From assembly GCA_965221165.1 (NCBI GenBank), contig CBDCRP010000003.1, positions 736,001-800,000 of the forward strand: 64,000 nt of DNA, in the 5' to 3' direction. Of this stretch, positions 1 to 11,911 are shown in pieces. The notes below the pieces were generated by a model. That model did no database searches. It was not told where the DNA came from and was given only the letters and a program-made list of their open reading frames with translations. The position numbers and the translations under genes are program-made. This DNA comes from a bacterium (GTDB lineage Bacteria; UBA8248). Positions within the stretch are counted from its first letter, which is position 1; each line of letters begins with the position of its first letter.

Positions 1-463
1 CCATGAAGCAGTCGAGGCGCTTTTTGTTATCGATGACGTAATCGCCCTCTTCCACCAGGGAGGGAATCATCTCCGTCGTCACCTCGCCCATGATGTTGTG
101 ATCGTTCACCGTGCTCTTACGCCCGAGGGTCAAGCGGTTCTTCTCGTCCTGAATGTCGTGGAGCGCCTTCCAGAAGTGGACCCTCATGCCCTCGCTTCCG
201 AGGCCGGGAATTTTCCTGAAGATGAGCTTCACGTGGACGACGGGAATCTGGTGGCTTCTCGCGAAACCGAGGAGTTCCTCCGCGTGGCCGATGACGCTCT
301 CGCAATCCTCGTCACTCGCCGGCATGGTGGCGACTTCGGGGTCCAAGTGGCCCCTGTGCATGTCGATGGTGACGATGGTGGTCTCCTTCGGGTCGAGCGA
401 CACCATTTCCTTCAACTGATCCGTCATTTCCGAGCGATCGAGAATCTCTACTTGCGTGGCCAT
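1..463 (-). CDS. Isochorismatase / cysteine hydrolase family protein (partial, runs off the window start)
   Basis: Not in the ORF track. Hand translation from ATG 463 gives MATQVEILDRSEM...TTIVTIDMHRGHLD...IPVVHV...DYVIDNKKRLDCFM, matching the IDM and K-R-x-x-x-F motifs. GAGGGG RBS upstream. Confidence 0.8.
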   Translation of the reverse strand, partial: MATQVEILDRSEMTDQLKEMVSLDPKETTIVTIDMHRGHLDPEVATMPASDEDCESVIGHAEELLGFARSHQIPVVHVKLIFRKIPGLGSEGMRVHFWKALHDIQDEKNRLTLGRKSTVNDHNIMGEVTTEMIPSLVEEGDYVIDNKKRLDCFM

Positions 464-665
464 GGCTTCACCCCTCTGCTTGAATGTAGATGTTCAGATT
501 CCCACAGGATTTTTCCAGCATATTACATATCGCCCGGATTGAAAACAGGGGGTTTGGTCGAAATGGAGGGTGAGGCAGGTTCATATCCCGCCTTGGCGCC
601 GGGAGCTGGGGATGCAGACAGGGCGCTTTACCTCATCGGTTACGAGTGAACACCGGCTTCATCCG

Positions 666-692
666 AAAAAAAAGCTCCCCGCTCGGGGGAGC
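666..692 (-). terminator. Rho-independent terminator of sdhCAB
   Basis: GCTCCCC/GGGGAGC stem followed by T8 on the minus strand, about 30 nt after the sdhB stop. Confidence 0.85.
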
Positions 693-720
693 CTCCTCGC
701 AACTGGCTGAAAGGTAAACC

Positions 721-1466
721 TTAATCACCTCGCACGGTCGCGCGGATGAACTCGCGGTTCATCTTGGCGATGTGGCTTATGCTGATGTCCTTGGGGCACA
801 TGGCCTCGCACTCGGCGTGGTTGGTGCAGTTGCCAAAGCCCTCTTCATCCATCCGGGCGACCATGCCGAGCACCCTCTGCTCCCGCTCGGGCACCCCTTG
901 CGGCAGATGCGCGAGGTGGGAGACTTTCGCCGCCACGAAGAGCATCGCCGAACCATTCGGGCACGACGCCGCGCAGGCGCCGCAGCCGATGCAGGCGGCC
1001 GCGTCCATGGCCGCATCCGCGTCGGGCTTGGGGATAGGAACCGCGTTCCCGTCCGGAGCGCCTCCCGTATTCGCGGAGATGAACCCGCCCGCCTGGATGA
1101 TGCGGTCGAACGAGGTGCGGTCGACCACCAGATCCTTGATGACGGGAAAAGCGCTCGCGCGCCAGGGCTCGATGGTAATCGTGTCGCCGTCCTTGAATTT
1201 TCTCATGTGAAGCTGGCAGGTGGTCGTCCCGTCAAAACCCCCGTGCGCCTTGCCGTTGATGACCAAAGAGCACATGCCGCAGATTCCCTCGCGGCAATCG
1301 TGATCGAAGGCGATAGGTTCTTTGCCCTCCATAATCAGGCGCTCGTTCGTCACGTCCAGCATTTCCAGAAAAGACATGTCCGGAATGATGTCGCTCACTT
1401 CGTAGGTTTCGAGACTTCCCGCCGCCCGCTCGTCCTTTTGCCGCCAAACCTTGAGGGTGAGGTTCA

Positions 1467-1467
<1 letters not shown>
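721..1467 (-). CDS. sdhB: Succinate dehydrogenase / fumarate reductase Fe-S subunit
   Basis: [23 protein letters not shown] and [12 protein letters not shown] clusters; start overlaps the sdhA stop. Confidence 0.96.
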
Positions 1468-3392
<1,925 letters not shown>

Positions 3393-3416
3393 ACCCTTCT
3401 CCTCACTCAGGGAGAA

Positions 3417-4094
3417 CTATTTCAACACACCCGCCAGGACGGCCAATGGAATCGACATGAAACCAACCGCGACGAGGACGCCGCTCCAGGGGCCGAGCCG
3501 TTTGATGAAAGGGTTGTACGATGGATTGTTTATCCCCAGAGACTGGAACAGGCTCGTCACGCCGTGACTCAAATGGAGCCCGAGAAGAATCATCGAAACC
3601 AGATACGCTCCCGATACCGCGGCGCTCCCGAATCCCAGAATCACCATCCTGTAGACGTCGTGGCGGCCCTGCGCATCGTGTAACTGGGCGAACTCGGGGT
3701 TCGTGGCGAACAGCGTGAAATGAAGCAGATGATAGGCCGCGAAGGCCAGAACCAAGGCGCCCGTAAACACGATCGAGCGGCCCGCATAGGTGACCACGGT
3801 GGAATCGACCACGGCGTACTGGTGTGGCCGGGCCGCCTGATTCATCCGCCAAAGGCGCATGGCCGAGCCTATGTGGATCAAAAACACGACCAGCAGGCCG
3901 ACCCGCGCCACCCACAGTAAAGCGCCCAGATCCTTCAAGCCCTTCGCGTAGGCGTTCGTCGCCTCGGGGCCTGCGAACATCAGCAGATTGCCGAGCAAGT
4001 GGGCGATGATGAACAAGACCAGGAGAATCCCTGTGACGGCCATGGCTATCTTCGCGCCAATCGATGATTGCAAGACGTTCGCAAACCGGCCCAT
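3417..4094 (-). CDS. sdhC: Succinate dehydrogenase cytochrome b subunit (single large b558-type anchor)
   Basis: SSIGAKIAMAVTG, HLLGNL, about 5 hydrophobic helices and several His (LHLSHG). Start moved to ATG 4094, which has a GGGGAG RBS. Confidence 0.9.
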   Translation of the reverse strand: MGRFANVLQSSIGAKIAMAVTGILLVLFIIAHLLGNLLMFAGPEATNAYAKGLKDLGALLWVARVGLLVVFLIHIGSAMRLWRMNQAARPHQYAVVDSTVVTYAGRSIVFTGALVLAFAAYHLLHFTLFATNPEFAQLHDAQGRHDVYRMVILGFGSAAVSGAYLVSMILLGLHLSHGVTSLFQSLGINNPSYNPFIKRLGPWSGVLVAVGFMSIPLAVLAGVLK

Positions 4095-4317
4095 TGACTG
4101 CTCCCCACGAAACGAAGACTCTTGAAGTTGAGGGATCACCCTGCTCAATCGGGTGTGCAATGTATAGTTTCATGCGCACGTGGTCAACCGCATTTTGGAA
4201 AATCCTCCTTTTTCACCAGACCCCGTTTCAGCGCGTGGCCTATTCTCGATATTTGCGATATTTTAGTCTGGATATTGCCGAATTTTTTGACGATCAACCC
4301 TGGAGAGGGAGGCTCGC

Positions 4318-5340
4318 ATGCTCAACGGTGACGTCTTCGTATTCGACAACGTGGTGCACATGTACGACTTATCGGACGAGAATCTCGCGCGGCCGGACAG
4401 CGGGCTCGATCGCCTTTGGCACCTGCGAATCGCCAAAGGGAGACGACCCGAGGGCCAGGAAGACATATACGCGGGCGGAGACCCCATCGGCGGGTTCGCC
4501 AAGAAATGGACTTGTGGGGAGTTGGGGAAACTGGTCTTTGAAGATTCCGAGACCGACATGGCCATGGCGCAGGCCGTCGTGCTCTACGACGTCTACAAGG
4601 AGGGCTTCTCCCCCGTTCAGGCGCAATACGAATTCGCCAGGGCGCACCCGGAGCGCGTTCTTTTCTGCGGCGGGGTGGACCCCAAATATCCGAGCGTACA
4701 GGGCGCGCTCGAGGAACTCGAACGCCAGGTCGCAGAGATGGGCGCGCGCTCGATGAAATTCTACAACGCACACATCGACGGGAATTCCTGGCGATGCGAC
4801 GACCCCGAACTCGCCTATCCGATATACGAGAAAGGGCGCGACCTGGGGATCAACGTGTTTCAGTACCACAAGGGCTTTCCCATCACCCGCGCGCGCCTCG
4901 AAGACCTCACGCCGCTCGACATCCAGCAGGCGGCCATGGATTTCCCGGACCTCACCTTTGCGATTCATCACCTCGCGCTCCCCTATTTCGAGGAATGCGT
5001 CTACATCGCGGCGCGCTTCGAGAACGTGGCGCTCGTCCTTTCGGGCACGATGCACCTGCCCCTCGTCGCGCCCTGGCAGTTCAAGGAGTACATGGGCAGG
5101 CTCTTGCGCGACGTAGGCTCGGATAGAATCGTCTGGGGTTCGGAAGCGCCCCTGCTGGGGAATCCGCAACCCATGATCGAATGGTTCTGGGAGATGGAGA
5201 TCGACGAGGAACTCCAGGATCGATACGGGTATCCTCCCATCACGGAGGAGGACAAGCGAAAAATTCTGGGCGAGAACCAGGCCAGACTCTTTGGAATCGA
5301 CTTAGAAGCGAAGAAAAAAGAACTCAGACTTCTCGCCTGA
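4318..5340 (+). CDS. Amidohydrolase_2 family protein
   Basis: DNVVH, MKFY, QYHKG, FPDLTFAIHH, RIVWGSE, KILGENQARL; GGAGG RBS. Confidence 0.85.
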   Translation: MLNGDVFVFDNVVHMYDLSDENLARPDSGLDRLWHLRIAKGRRPEGQEDIYAGGDPIGGFAKKWTCGELGKLVFEDSETDMAMAQAVVLYDVYKEGFSPVQAQYEFARAHPERVLFCGGVDPKYPSVQGALEELERQVAEMGARSMKFYNAHIDGNSWRCDDPELAYPIYEKGRDLGINVFQYHKGFPITRARLEDLTPLDIQQAAMDFPDLTFAIHHLALPYFEECVYIAARFENVALVLSGTMHLPLVAPWQFKEYMGRLLRDVGSDRIVWGSEAPLLGNPQPMIEWFWEMEIDEELQDRYGYPPITEEDKRKILGENQARLFGIDLEAKKKELRLLA

Positions 5341-5517
5341 GGCCGAGGCGCGGCTTCCATGAGGGTGCGGCCCTCGAAGCCTTGCAGGCTCATCGGCCGG
5401 CGGTTTCATTTCGCGCGGTTTCGGTTTGACCCCCGCCGCTTCCTGGGCGAGGATAAATCGAACAACAGACAATCATTTCAGAAATCTCTGGGCGAATAAG
5501 ATACGGAGGATTTTTCC

Positions 5518-6648
5518 ATGAAACCACCCTATGATGGGGAAAAACTAGACCGCCTCATGGAAGAAGCGGGGGTCGACGTCATTCTGGCCAGTACGCGGGA
5601 GAACGTCCGGTATCTCTGCGGCGGATACTATTTTCATTTTCACGAGAGATTCACGGCCATTGGACGCGGCCAGTACATGGCCCTTGCCGGAATCCCGCGC
5701 GGTGCCGCCGAAAAATCATTCCTGATCGGCGGGAGCGGAGAGTTCGGCCAGGCGCAGGACCAGAATCTCTGGATACCCGAACTCATCCCCTCGGGCAGGC
5801 ATCCGGCCGAAGCCGCCAAAGACGCCGCGTGGGCCATCTCGCAGCGCGGGCTGGGAGCGGGAACCATCGCCGTAGAGGGCAATTTCCTGCCCGCCGTCGC
5901 CAAGGAAACGCTCGCGGGTGAACTCCCGAACGCGACGTTCGTGGAGGCGCTGCCGATCCTGGAGGAGCTGCGCGCCATCAAGACGCCCGAGGAGATCGAA
6001 ATCTACCGCCGCATCTCCCAGGCGGATGCAGAAGCCATTCGCGACGCGTTCGAGACCGCAAAGCCCGGAGCGACCACCAGAGACGTCGCCCACGCCGTGG
6101 AGCGGGGCATGACGGACAGAGGGCTCCACTTCCTGTGGGTCTTCGCCGCGGCGGGGCCGGGCATGCTGCGCGCTCCGTCCGAGAAGGTGTGGGAAAAAGG
6201 AGAAGTGCTCCATCTCGACGCGGGCGGTTCCCAATCCGACTACCTGACCGACATCTGCCGCATGGGCGTGCGGGGCGAGCCGTCGCCCCTGGCGGATGAA
6301 CTCTACAAGGCGTGTCTGGGAACGCAGGATCGCGTGCGCGCAGAGATTCGCCCGGGCGCCGTCTGCGGCGACATCTACGAGAAGGGCCTGACGTATCTCC
6401 AAAACACCGAGCACGGCGAATACGGCAGCTTCATCATCCACGGCATCGGCATGGTCTCGCACGAACAGCCATATTTCGGCCCCGGCGTGGAGAGAAAACT
6501 CGAAGAGGGCATGGTGGTGTCGATTGAGACCGACATCCGCCACCCCGAGGTGGGCTTCGTGAAGGTGGAAGACGCCGTGGCGGTGACGGCGGACGGCTAC
6601 GAGCCCCTGGGCGACCTGGGACGCGAGGACTGGGTGGTGATCGACTGA
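5518..6648 (+). CDS. M24 (Xaa-Pro peptidase / creatinase-fold) protein, copy 1
   Basis: Creatinase-like N-terminus (ENVRYL), RAIKTPEEI, metal ligands D(AGG)..D(ICR)..H(GIG)..E..E(D). Confidence 0.88.
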   Translation: MKPPYDGEKLDRLMEEAGVDVILASTRENVRYLCGGYYFHFHERFTAIGRGQYMALAGIPRGAAEKSFLIGGSGEFGQAQDQNLWIPELIPSGRHPAEAAKDAAWAISQRGLGAGTIAVEGNFLPAVAKETLAGELPNATFVEALPILEELRAIKTPEEIEIYRRISQADAEAIRDAFETAKPGATTRDVAHAVERGMTDRGLHFLWVFAAAGPGMLRAPSEKVWEKGEVLHLDAGGSQSDYLTDICRMGVRGEPSPLADELYKACLGTQDRVRAEIRPGAVCGDIYEKGLTYLQNTEHGEYGSFIIHGIGMVSHEQPYFGPGVERKLEEGMVVSIETDIRHPEVGFVKVEDAVAVTADGYEPLGDLGREDWVVID

Positions 6649-7784
6649 TGAAGCCGCTTTACGATCAAGAAAAACTCGATCGCCTGATGGAAGAAGCGGG
6701 CGTCGGCCTCGTGCTCGCGCACACGCCCCACAACCTCCGATACCTGACGGGAGGCTATTACTTTCATTTCCGCGAAAGAGTGACCGCCATCGGGCCCAGC
6801 CAGTACCTCCCCTTCGTGGGGATTCCGCGGAAAAACCCCGAAAACGCCTTTCAGGTGGCCTGGCGCGTCGAGGCGTCGCCCCGAAACGAGGTGGACACCT
6901 GGATACCCGAGGTCATCTACACGAAGGCGCGGGGAACCGTCGGCGCTGCGGAAACGGCCGCCGAGGCCATCAGGAAGCGCGGTCTCGGTGAGGGAACCAT
7001 CGCCGTCGAGCGCGGGTTCTTGCCCGTGGATGCGATGGAAACCCTCCAGAGCGAGTTGCACGGCGCGCGGTTCGTCGATTCCCTGGGCATTCTGGAAGAG
7101 CTTCGGGCCGTGAAGAGAGAGGATGAACTGGAGATATTCCGGCGCGCCGCGCTTGCGGATTCAGAAGCCATACAGGCCGGTTTTCAGGAGGGGGCGCGCG
7201 ACGTTACGACCCGTCGGGTGGAGCAAAGGGTGGAGGAGGAAATGGTGCGGCGCGGGCTTCATTTCCACTACGCCTTCACCGCGGCGGGACCCGGCATGAG
7301 GCGCGAGCCCTCCGGTAAAATCTGGGAGAAAGGAGAAATCCTACACATCGACGCGGGCGGCTCGGAGGCGGGCTACATGTCCGACATCTGCCGGATGGGG
7401 GTGCGGGGCGAACCCTCCGCTTTAGCCGAGGAGCTCGGAAAAGCGTGTCTCCACTCGGTCGACGCCTGCCGGGACGCCATACGGGCCGGCGCGAGTTGCG
7501 CTTCGGTTCAGGCGCAAGGACAGGAGGCGTTTCAGGATACCGGCTTTTCGGATTTGGGCGTCTTTGAAGTGCACGGAATCGGCATGGTGCAGCAGGAACT
7601 GCCGCGTTTCGGCCCCGAGGTGGAGCGAACGCTCGAGGCGGGAATGGTGGTATCCGTCGAGTGCGACATCCGCCACGCGGAAGTCGGCCACGTGAAGATT
7701 GAAGACGCCGTCGCCGTCACCGAAAGCGGCTGCGAGGGCCTGGGAGATTTGGGCAGGGATTCCTGGGCGTGCGTTGATTCATAA
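6648..7784 (+). CDS. M24 family protein, tandem paralog (copy 2)
   Basis: Co-linear with copy 1 (MKPxYDxEKLDRLMEEAGV; DICRMGVRGEPS); TGATG overlap. Confidence 0.88.
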   Translation: MKPLYDQEKLDRLMEEAGVGLVLAHTPHNLRYLTGGYYFHFRERVTAIGPSQYLPFVGIPRKNPENAFQVAWRVEASPRNEVDTWIPEVIYTKARGTVGAAETAAEAIRKRGLGEGTIAVERGFLPVDAMETLQSELHGARFVDSLGILEELRAVKREDELEIFRRAALADSEAIQAGFQEGARDVTTRRVEQRVEEEMVRRGLHFHYAFTAAGPGMRREPSGKIWEKGEILHIDAGGSEAGYMSDICRMGVRGEPSALAEELGKACLHSVDACRDAIRAGASCASVQAQGQEAFQDTGFSDLGVFEVHGIGMVQQELPRFGPEVERTLEAGMVVSVECDIRHAEVGHVKIEDAVAVTESGCEGLGDLGRDSWACVDS

Positions 7785-7802
7785 AAACTGAGGAGATTTT
7801 TC

Positions 7803-8387
7803 ATGCAAAGACCACCCGAGGGCTTGATGCGGCTTCAGCACGCCGCCATAAAAGTGCACGACATCGACGCGGCGAAGGATTTTTACGTGAACACGCTGGG
7901 CTTCTCCATATCGGAAATATATGAGCCGGGCACGGTGGGCGATTTTCCCTTCGGCCTGTGCTTCATGAGATGCACGGAGCTTCACCACGACATGAACCTC
8001 ATCTTCTGGCCGGAGGGAGAAGGCCCCGCCCCGCCCGAGGGACGCTCCTTCGACACCTTACAGACGGGCCTTCACCACATCGCGTTCGAGGTGGAAGACC
8101 GGACGCAACTCGAAGCCTGGGCTTCTTATCTCGAAGAGAAGGAGGTCGAGATTTTCTGGGGGCCGTCCATCCACAGCCCCACGCATCCCGAGGGGGACGG
8201 CTTCTGGGGGGAGAACCACGCGCTCTATATCTCGGACCCATCGGGCAACTGCATCGAAATTTTCTGCGATCTGGCCGTCATGGATTCCTACACGAACCGC
8301 GTGAACGAAGAGTGGTTCCGGGATCGGCTGTCCCGGGATGGGCACCCCCGTGACGCCGCCGATCCGCCTAAAGCCTGGCAGCCCTGA
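7803..8387 (+). CDS. VOC family protein (catechol 2,3-dioxygenase-like domain)
   Basis: LQHAAIKV, LHHD, GLHHIAFEV, ALYISDPSGNCIE; GAGGAG RBS. Confidence 0.82.
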   Translation: MQRPPEGLMRLQHAAIKVHDIDAAKDFYVNTLGFSISEIYEPGTVGDFPFGLCFMRCTELHHDMNLIFWPEGEGPAPPEGRSFDTLQTGLHHIAFEVEDRTQLEAWASYLEEKEVEIFWGPSIHSPTHPEGDGFWGENHALYISDPSGNCIEIFCDLAVMDSYTNRVNEEWFRDRLSRDGHPRDAADPPKAWQP

Positions 8388-8890
8388 ACGCCGGGCGAAG
8401 AGTTCGATTTCCTCCCCGATGGGATGAGAATGGCGAGCGTCTTGTCAGTGCGACTGAAAAGGGAATGACACAGAAAATTCACGCATCCGGATTGATGCCG
8501 TTTCTTGCTCCCTTCCCATCCTCGAATTAAGAGCATACCCCGGAGAAACGCTTCTCGTTTCATCCCTTACTTGACAATTCCATCTCCATATCCCACCTTG
8601 GTTCTCGGCATACAATCCATGCGCGGTTGATCCACGGACTACCCGCCGAATACGAGACGACCCTTCCCAGGGGTTGAAAGGGGCGGGAATCCGCTTTTCT
8701 TCCAAATCGTGGCTTGTGTGTCGAACGGCCCCGGACTGCGTCCGAGGGCTTCGAGGGCACTGTTTCGTGCGGTGATTCGGGAGGATCGCGCCTTCATCAT
8801 CACTTTCATCATATAACGTCAAATTCCCTCCCCGACTCTCGATCGAAATAGGCTGAAAATTCAAGGCGGCATTCATATAAGGAGGTACGT

Positions 8891-11632
8891 GTGCCCATGT
8901 TTGTTTGCGCTCCAGAAATGTGGCGTCATTTCATCTCCGGTCTCCTCGGTCCAACCAAGAGGCAAGGCATGAGCGCGCGGGCGCCGATGGGCGCACTCGC
9001 CCTGGCGCTGGCCGCCGCGCTCGTTCTCGGCGCGGGTGAAGCGCAGGCCCAGACACCCGTGTGCAGCAATGCTCCCGAACCCGGGGAGCGGATAGAATGT
9101 ACGGAGCCCGCCACTTCTATCGATGTTCCTATCAACATCAACGTTCAAGACCTCACCATCGAGACGATGGACGCTGGCGCACACGGCATTCATGGCAAAC
9201 ATGAGGGCGAAGGCGCCATCTACATCGATGTCACAGGAGGCGAGATCACGACGGAGAATTTGAATGCGCACGCCATCTATGGCTCGCATAGAGGCGCCGG
9301 CAACGTCGACATCTACGTGCAGGGCGCCGCCATCGAGACGATGGGCAGAACTGCCTACGGCATCCATGCCTATCATGCTGTCTCGCCAATCGTTGGCAAC
9401 GTCGACATCTACGTGGAGAACACCACCATCGAGACGATGGGCGCTAGCGCCTTTGGCGTCATCGGCTGGCACCAAGGCGACGGCAGAACCAACATCGACG
9501 TGAGGGACGCCACCATCACCACGGCGGGACGGAATGCCTTCGGCGTCTATGGCCTTCACCAAGGCGACGTCACAACCAACATCGACGTGAGGGACACCAC
9601 CATCACCGCGACGGGCGGGACAGCCCACGCGATCTTTGGCAGATCCCTAGGTACCGGCGACATCCACATCACAGCGAATGAGGTCGACATCACGACCGCT
9701 TCGAGCGGCGTCGTGGGCTTTGTTAATGACGACGGCGATATCACTATCGACGTTCTGGGCGGCTCCATCAAGACGACGGGTCGGCTTGGTTATGGCGTCT
9801 ATGGCATCCATGCCACCGCGGGGATCACCGTAAGGATCGGCGACATCGACATCGACGTACTACGGGGCGCCACCATTGCCACGATGGGCGATAATGCCTA
9901 CGGCATCTATGCCCATCATTATTTATTGCCAAGCGTTGGCGACATCGACATCAACGCTCGGGAGGGTAGCGCCATCACCACGACGGGCGCCGGCGCCCAC
10001 GGCATCTATGCAGAGCATGATTCCGGCACGGGAGAGATCAGGATCGCCGTTCTCAATGGGGGCTCGGTCCACGCCGACGGGGCGGGCGCGAGCGGCGTCC
10101 GGGTGGGCAGCCTCAGCGCCCAGGGCGCCGTAGAGCGCGCCGCCGGGATGGACGAGGAGGGCTATCGCAGGCAGACGGTCACGGTGAACGGCCGGGTATG
10201 GGGAGGCACGGGCGAGGCGGCGGGCGTTTATCTCGCAGGCGGCGGGCGGGTCGTCATCGGCCCCCAAGGAAGCGTCGGCGCGGAATCCGGCATCGCGATT
10301 CTCGCTACGGGAGATACGCCGGGCGCCACCGAGCAGGATCCGCCCATCAAACCCAAGCTGTATCTCGCCCTGAATCCCGGCGGCCGCCGGTTGGCGGAAG
10401 TCATCGGCGACGACTATATCCTGAACGACGGGGGCGAAACCACCATCGTTCTCAACAACGTGAAGCTGCACGACGGCGCAACGGGCGCCACCGGTCTCAC
10501 GGCCCCGAACGGGGCGTGGGACGTCACCATGCGGGCGGAGGGGAGCACGGTGGATCGCACGACGAACCCGGGGACGTTGACGCCGACCGAGCCGACCGCG
10601 GGGGTCATCGCCGATCGGGATTTCTCGGCAGGGGACCTCGACGAGAAATACACACCACGGCCCATCCCCGCTTCGTCCGCGCCACAACCAGAACCGGAAC
10701 CCGAGCCGCCGGTGGAACAGCTCACTTTCACCGAGGTCTACGCACCCCGCGCGGCTCTTTACGAGGCGCTTCCGGGGCTGCTGCTGCGGCTGAACGGAAG
10801 GGAACCGTTGGGGGGGAAACGTCTGGGGTTGCCCGGCCCGCCCGTTTGGGCGCGTCTCTCGGGAAGCAGGGGATCGTATGCGTCCGAGCGTTCGACTGTT
10901 GGTGCGGCGTATGACTTCAAACGCCTCATAGCGGAAGCGGGGCTGAACGTGTCGCTGGGCGAGAACCTCACCGGCTCGCTCTCGGCGCGCAGCGTTCAGA
11001 GTTCTGCGGACGTGGACTCACCAGTCGGCGGGGGGGAGATCGAGGCGAAGGGAATCGGTCTGGGGTTGGGGGTCTCCTGGCGCAGGGCGAGCGGTTATTA
11101 CGTCGATGGTCGCTTCTCGCTGACGGACTACGACGCGGAGGTTTCCTCCGACACGCGGGGGACTCTCGCGAGGGACGCCGACGCGCTCGCCCATTCGCTG
11201 GACGTCGAGGTGGGCAGGCGTTTCCAGATCAACGAGAAGATAAGTCTGACTCCCCGGGCGTGGCTGACGCGCTCGGCGATGGACGTCGATGCGTTCACCG
11301 ACGCGGTGGACGCAAGGGTCTCGCTCGCAAAGGCTGTGAGGTTCACCGGCGGCCTGGGGGTGGTCACGGAGACCTTGCGCGTCTGGGAGGGCGGGGCGCT
11401 CTCCCTGCGCGGTTCCCTGGACATCGAGCAGACGCTGGACGACGCGGAGACGCTCGCCGACGTGTCGGGAACGAAGCTCGAATCGAAAGCCGCAAAGACC
11501 AAGCTCCTGCTCGGGCTGGGAGGCGTCTATCGCCGGGGCCGCTTCTCGATAAGCGGCGAGGTCTCGATGGGCGGCCTGGGTTCGGATGAGGCGCAATACG
11601 CGGGGCAGGTGACCATCGGGATGAGGTTCTAG
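8891..11632 (+). CDS. Type Va autotransporter with repetitive beta-helical passenger
   Basis: TAAGGAGG RBS before GTG; long N-region then hydrophobic signal ending AQA; ~29-33 aa repeats; Pro-rich linker; YAPRAALYEALP; C-terminal beta-barrel ending in MRF. Confidence 0.88.
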   Translation: MPMFVCAPEMWRHFISGLLGPTKRQGMSARAPMGALALALAAALVLGAGEAQAQTPVCSNAPEPGERIECTEPATSIDVPININVQDLTIETMDAGAHGIHGKHEGEGAIYIDVTGGEITTENLNAHAIYGSHRGAGNVDIYVQGAAIETMGRTAYGIHAYHAVSPIVGNVDIYVENTTIETMGASAFGVIGWHQGDGRTNIDVRDATITTAGRNAFGVYGLHQGDVTTNIDVRDTTITATGGTAHAIFGRSLGTGDIHITANEVDITTASSGVVGFVNDDGDITIDVLGGSIKTTGRLGYGVYGIHATAGITVRIGDIDIDVLRGATIATMGDNAYGIYAHHYLLPSVGDIDINAREGSAITTTGAGAHGIYAEHDSGTGEIRIAVLNGGSVHADGAGASGVRVGSLSAQGAVERAAGMDEEGYRRQTVTVNGRVWGGTGEAAGVYLAGGGRVVIGPQGSVGAESGIAILATGDTPGATEQDPPIKPKLYLALNPGGRRLAEVIGDDYILNDGGETTIVLNNVKLHDGATGATGLTAPNGAWDVTMRAEGSTVDRTTNPGTLTPTEPTAGVIADRDFSAGDLDEKYTPRPIPASSAPQPEPEPEPPVEQLTFTEVYAPRAALYEALPGLLLRLNGREPLGGKRLGLPGPPVWARLSGSRGSYASERSTVGAAYDFKRLIAEAGLNVSLGENLTGSLSARSVQSSADVDSPVGGGEIEAKGIGLGLGVSWRRASGYYVDGRFSLTDYDAEVSSDTRGTLARDADALAHSLDVEVGRRFQINEKISLTPRAWLTRSAMDVDAFTDAVDARVSLAKAVRFTGGLGVVTETLRVWEGGALSLRGSLDIEQTLDDAETLADVSGTKLESKAAKTKLLLGLGGVYRRGRFSISGEVSMGGLGSDEAQYAGQVTIGMRF

Positions 11633-11647
11633 GGCGAACGGTTTGGC

Positions 11648-11911
11648 GGGGACAGGCCCTTCCCGGGGCCGTCCCACAGGTCGCGACATATCCCTGCCGC
11701 CGCTCCTATCGGGAGTCCGCGCATCACCAGGGAGAACACACGGGTTCTCTCCTACGAAACCATCGCAAACCCTCCCGCATTGGTCGCAATCCCTCCTCCC
11801 GTAGGGGACGGAACCCCTCCTCGGGGCCGTCCCACGCATACATGCGACCTGTGTTCTCCAGCGAAAGGCCGGGCCGCATATATGGGTGGCGGACATATAT
11901 GTCCGACCTAC
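11648..11911. repeat. REP-like palindrome cluster 1
   Basis: GTAG/CTAC-flanked hairpins at 11729-11755, 11801-11835 and 11889-11910; near-identical blocks recur at 28837-29220. Confidence 0.75.

Noticed and set aside
8450-8700. Possible cobalamin riboswitch (AAAAGGGAA) in the autotransporter leader
   Set aside because: The downstream GGTG..AATCC and GCCCCCGCAACTGT cores are absent.
9290-9620. Diversity-generating retroelement TR/VR pair among the passenger repeats
   Set aside because: Mismatches are not one-directional at adenines, both copies are in-frame coding, and there is no reverse transcriptase in the window.
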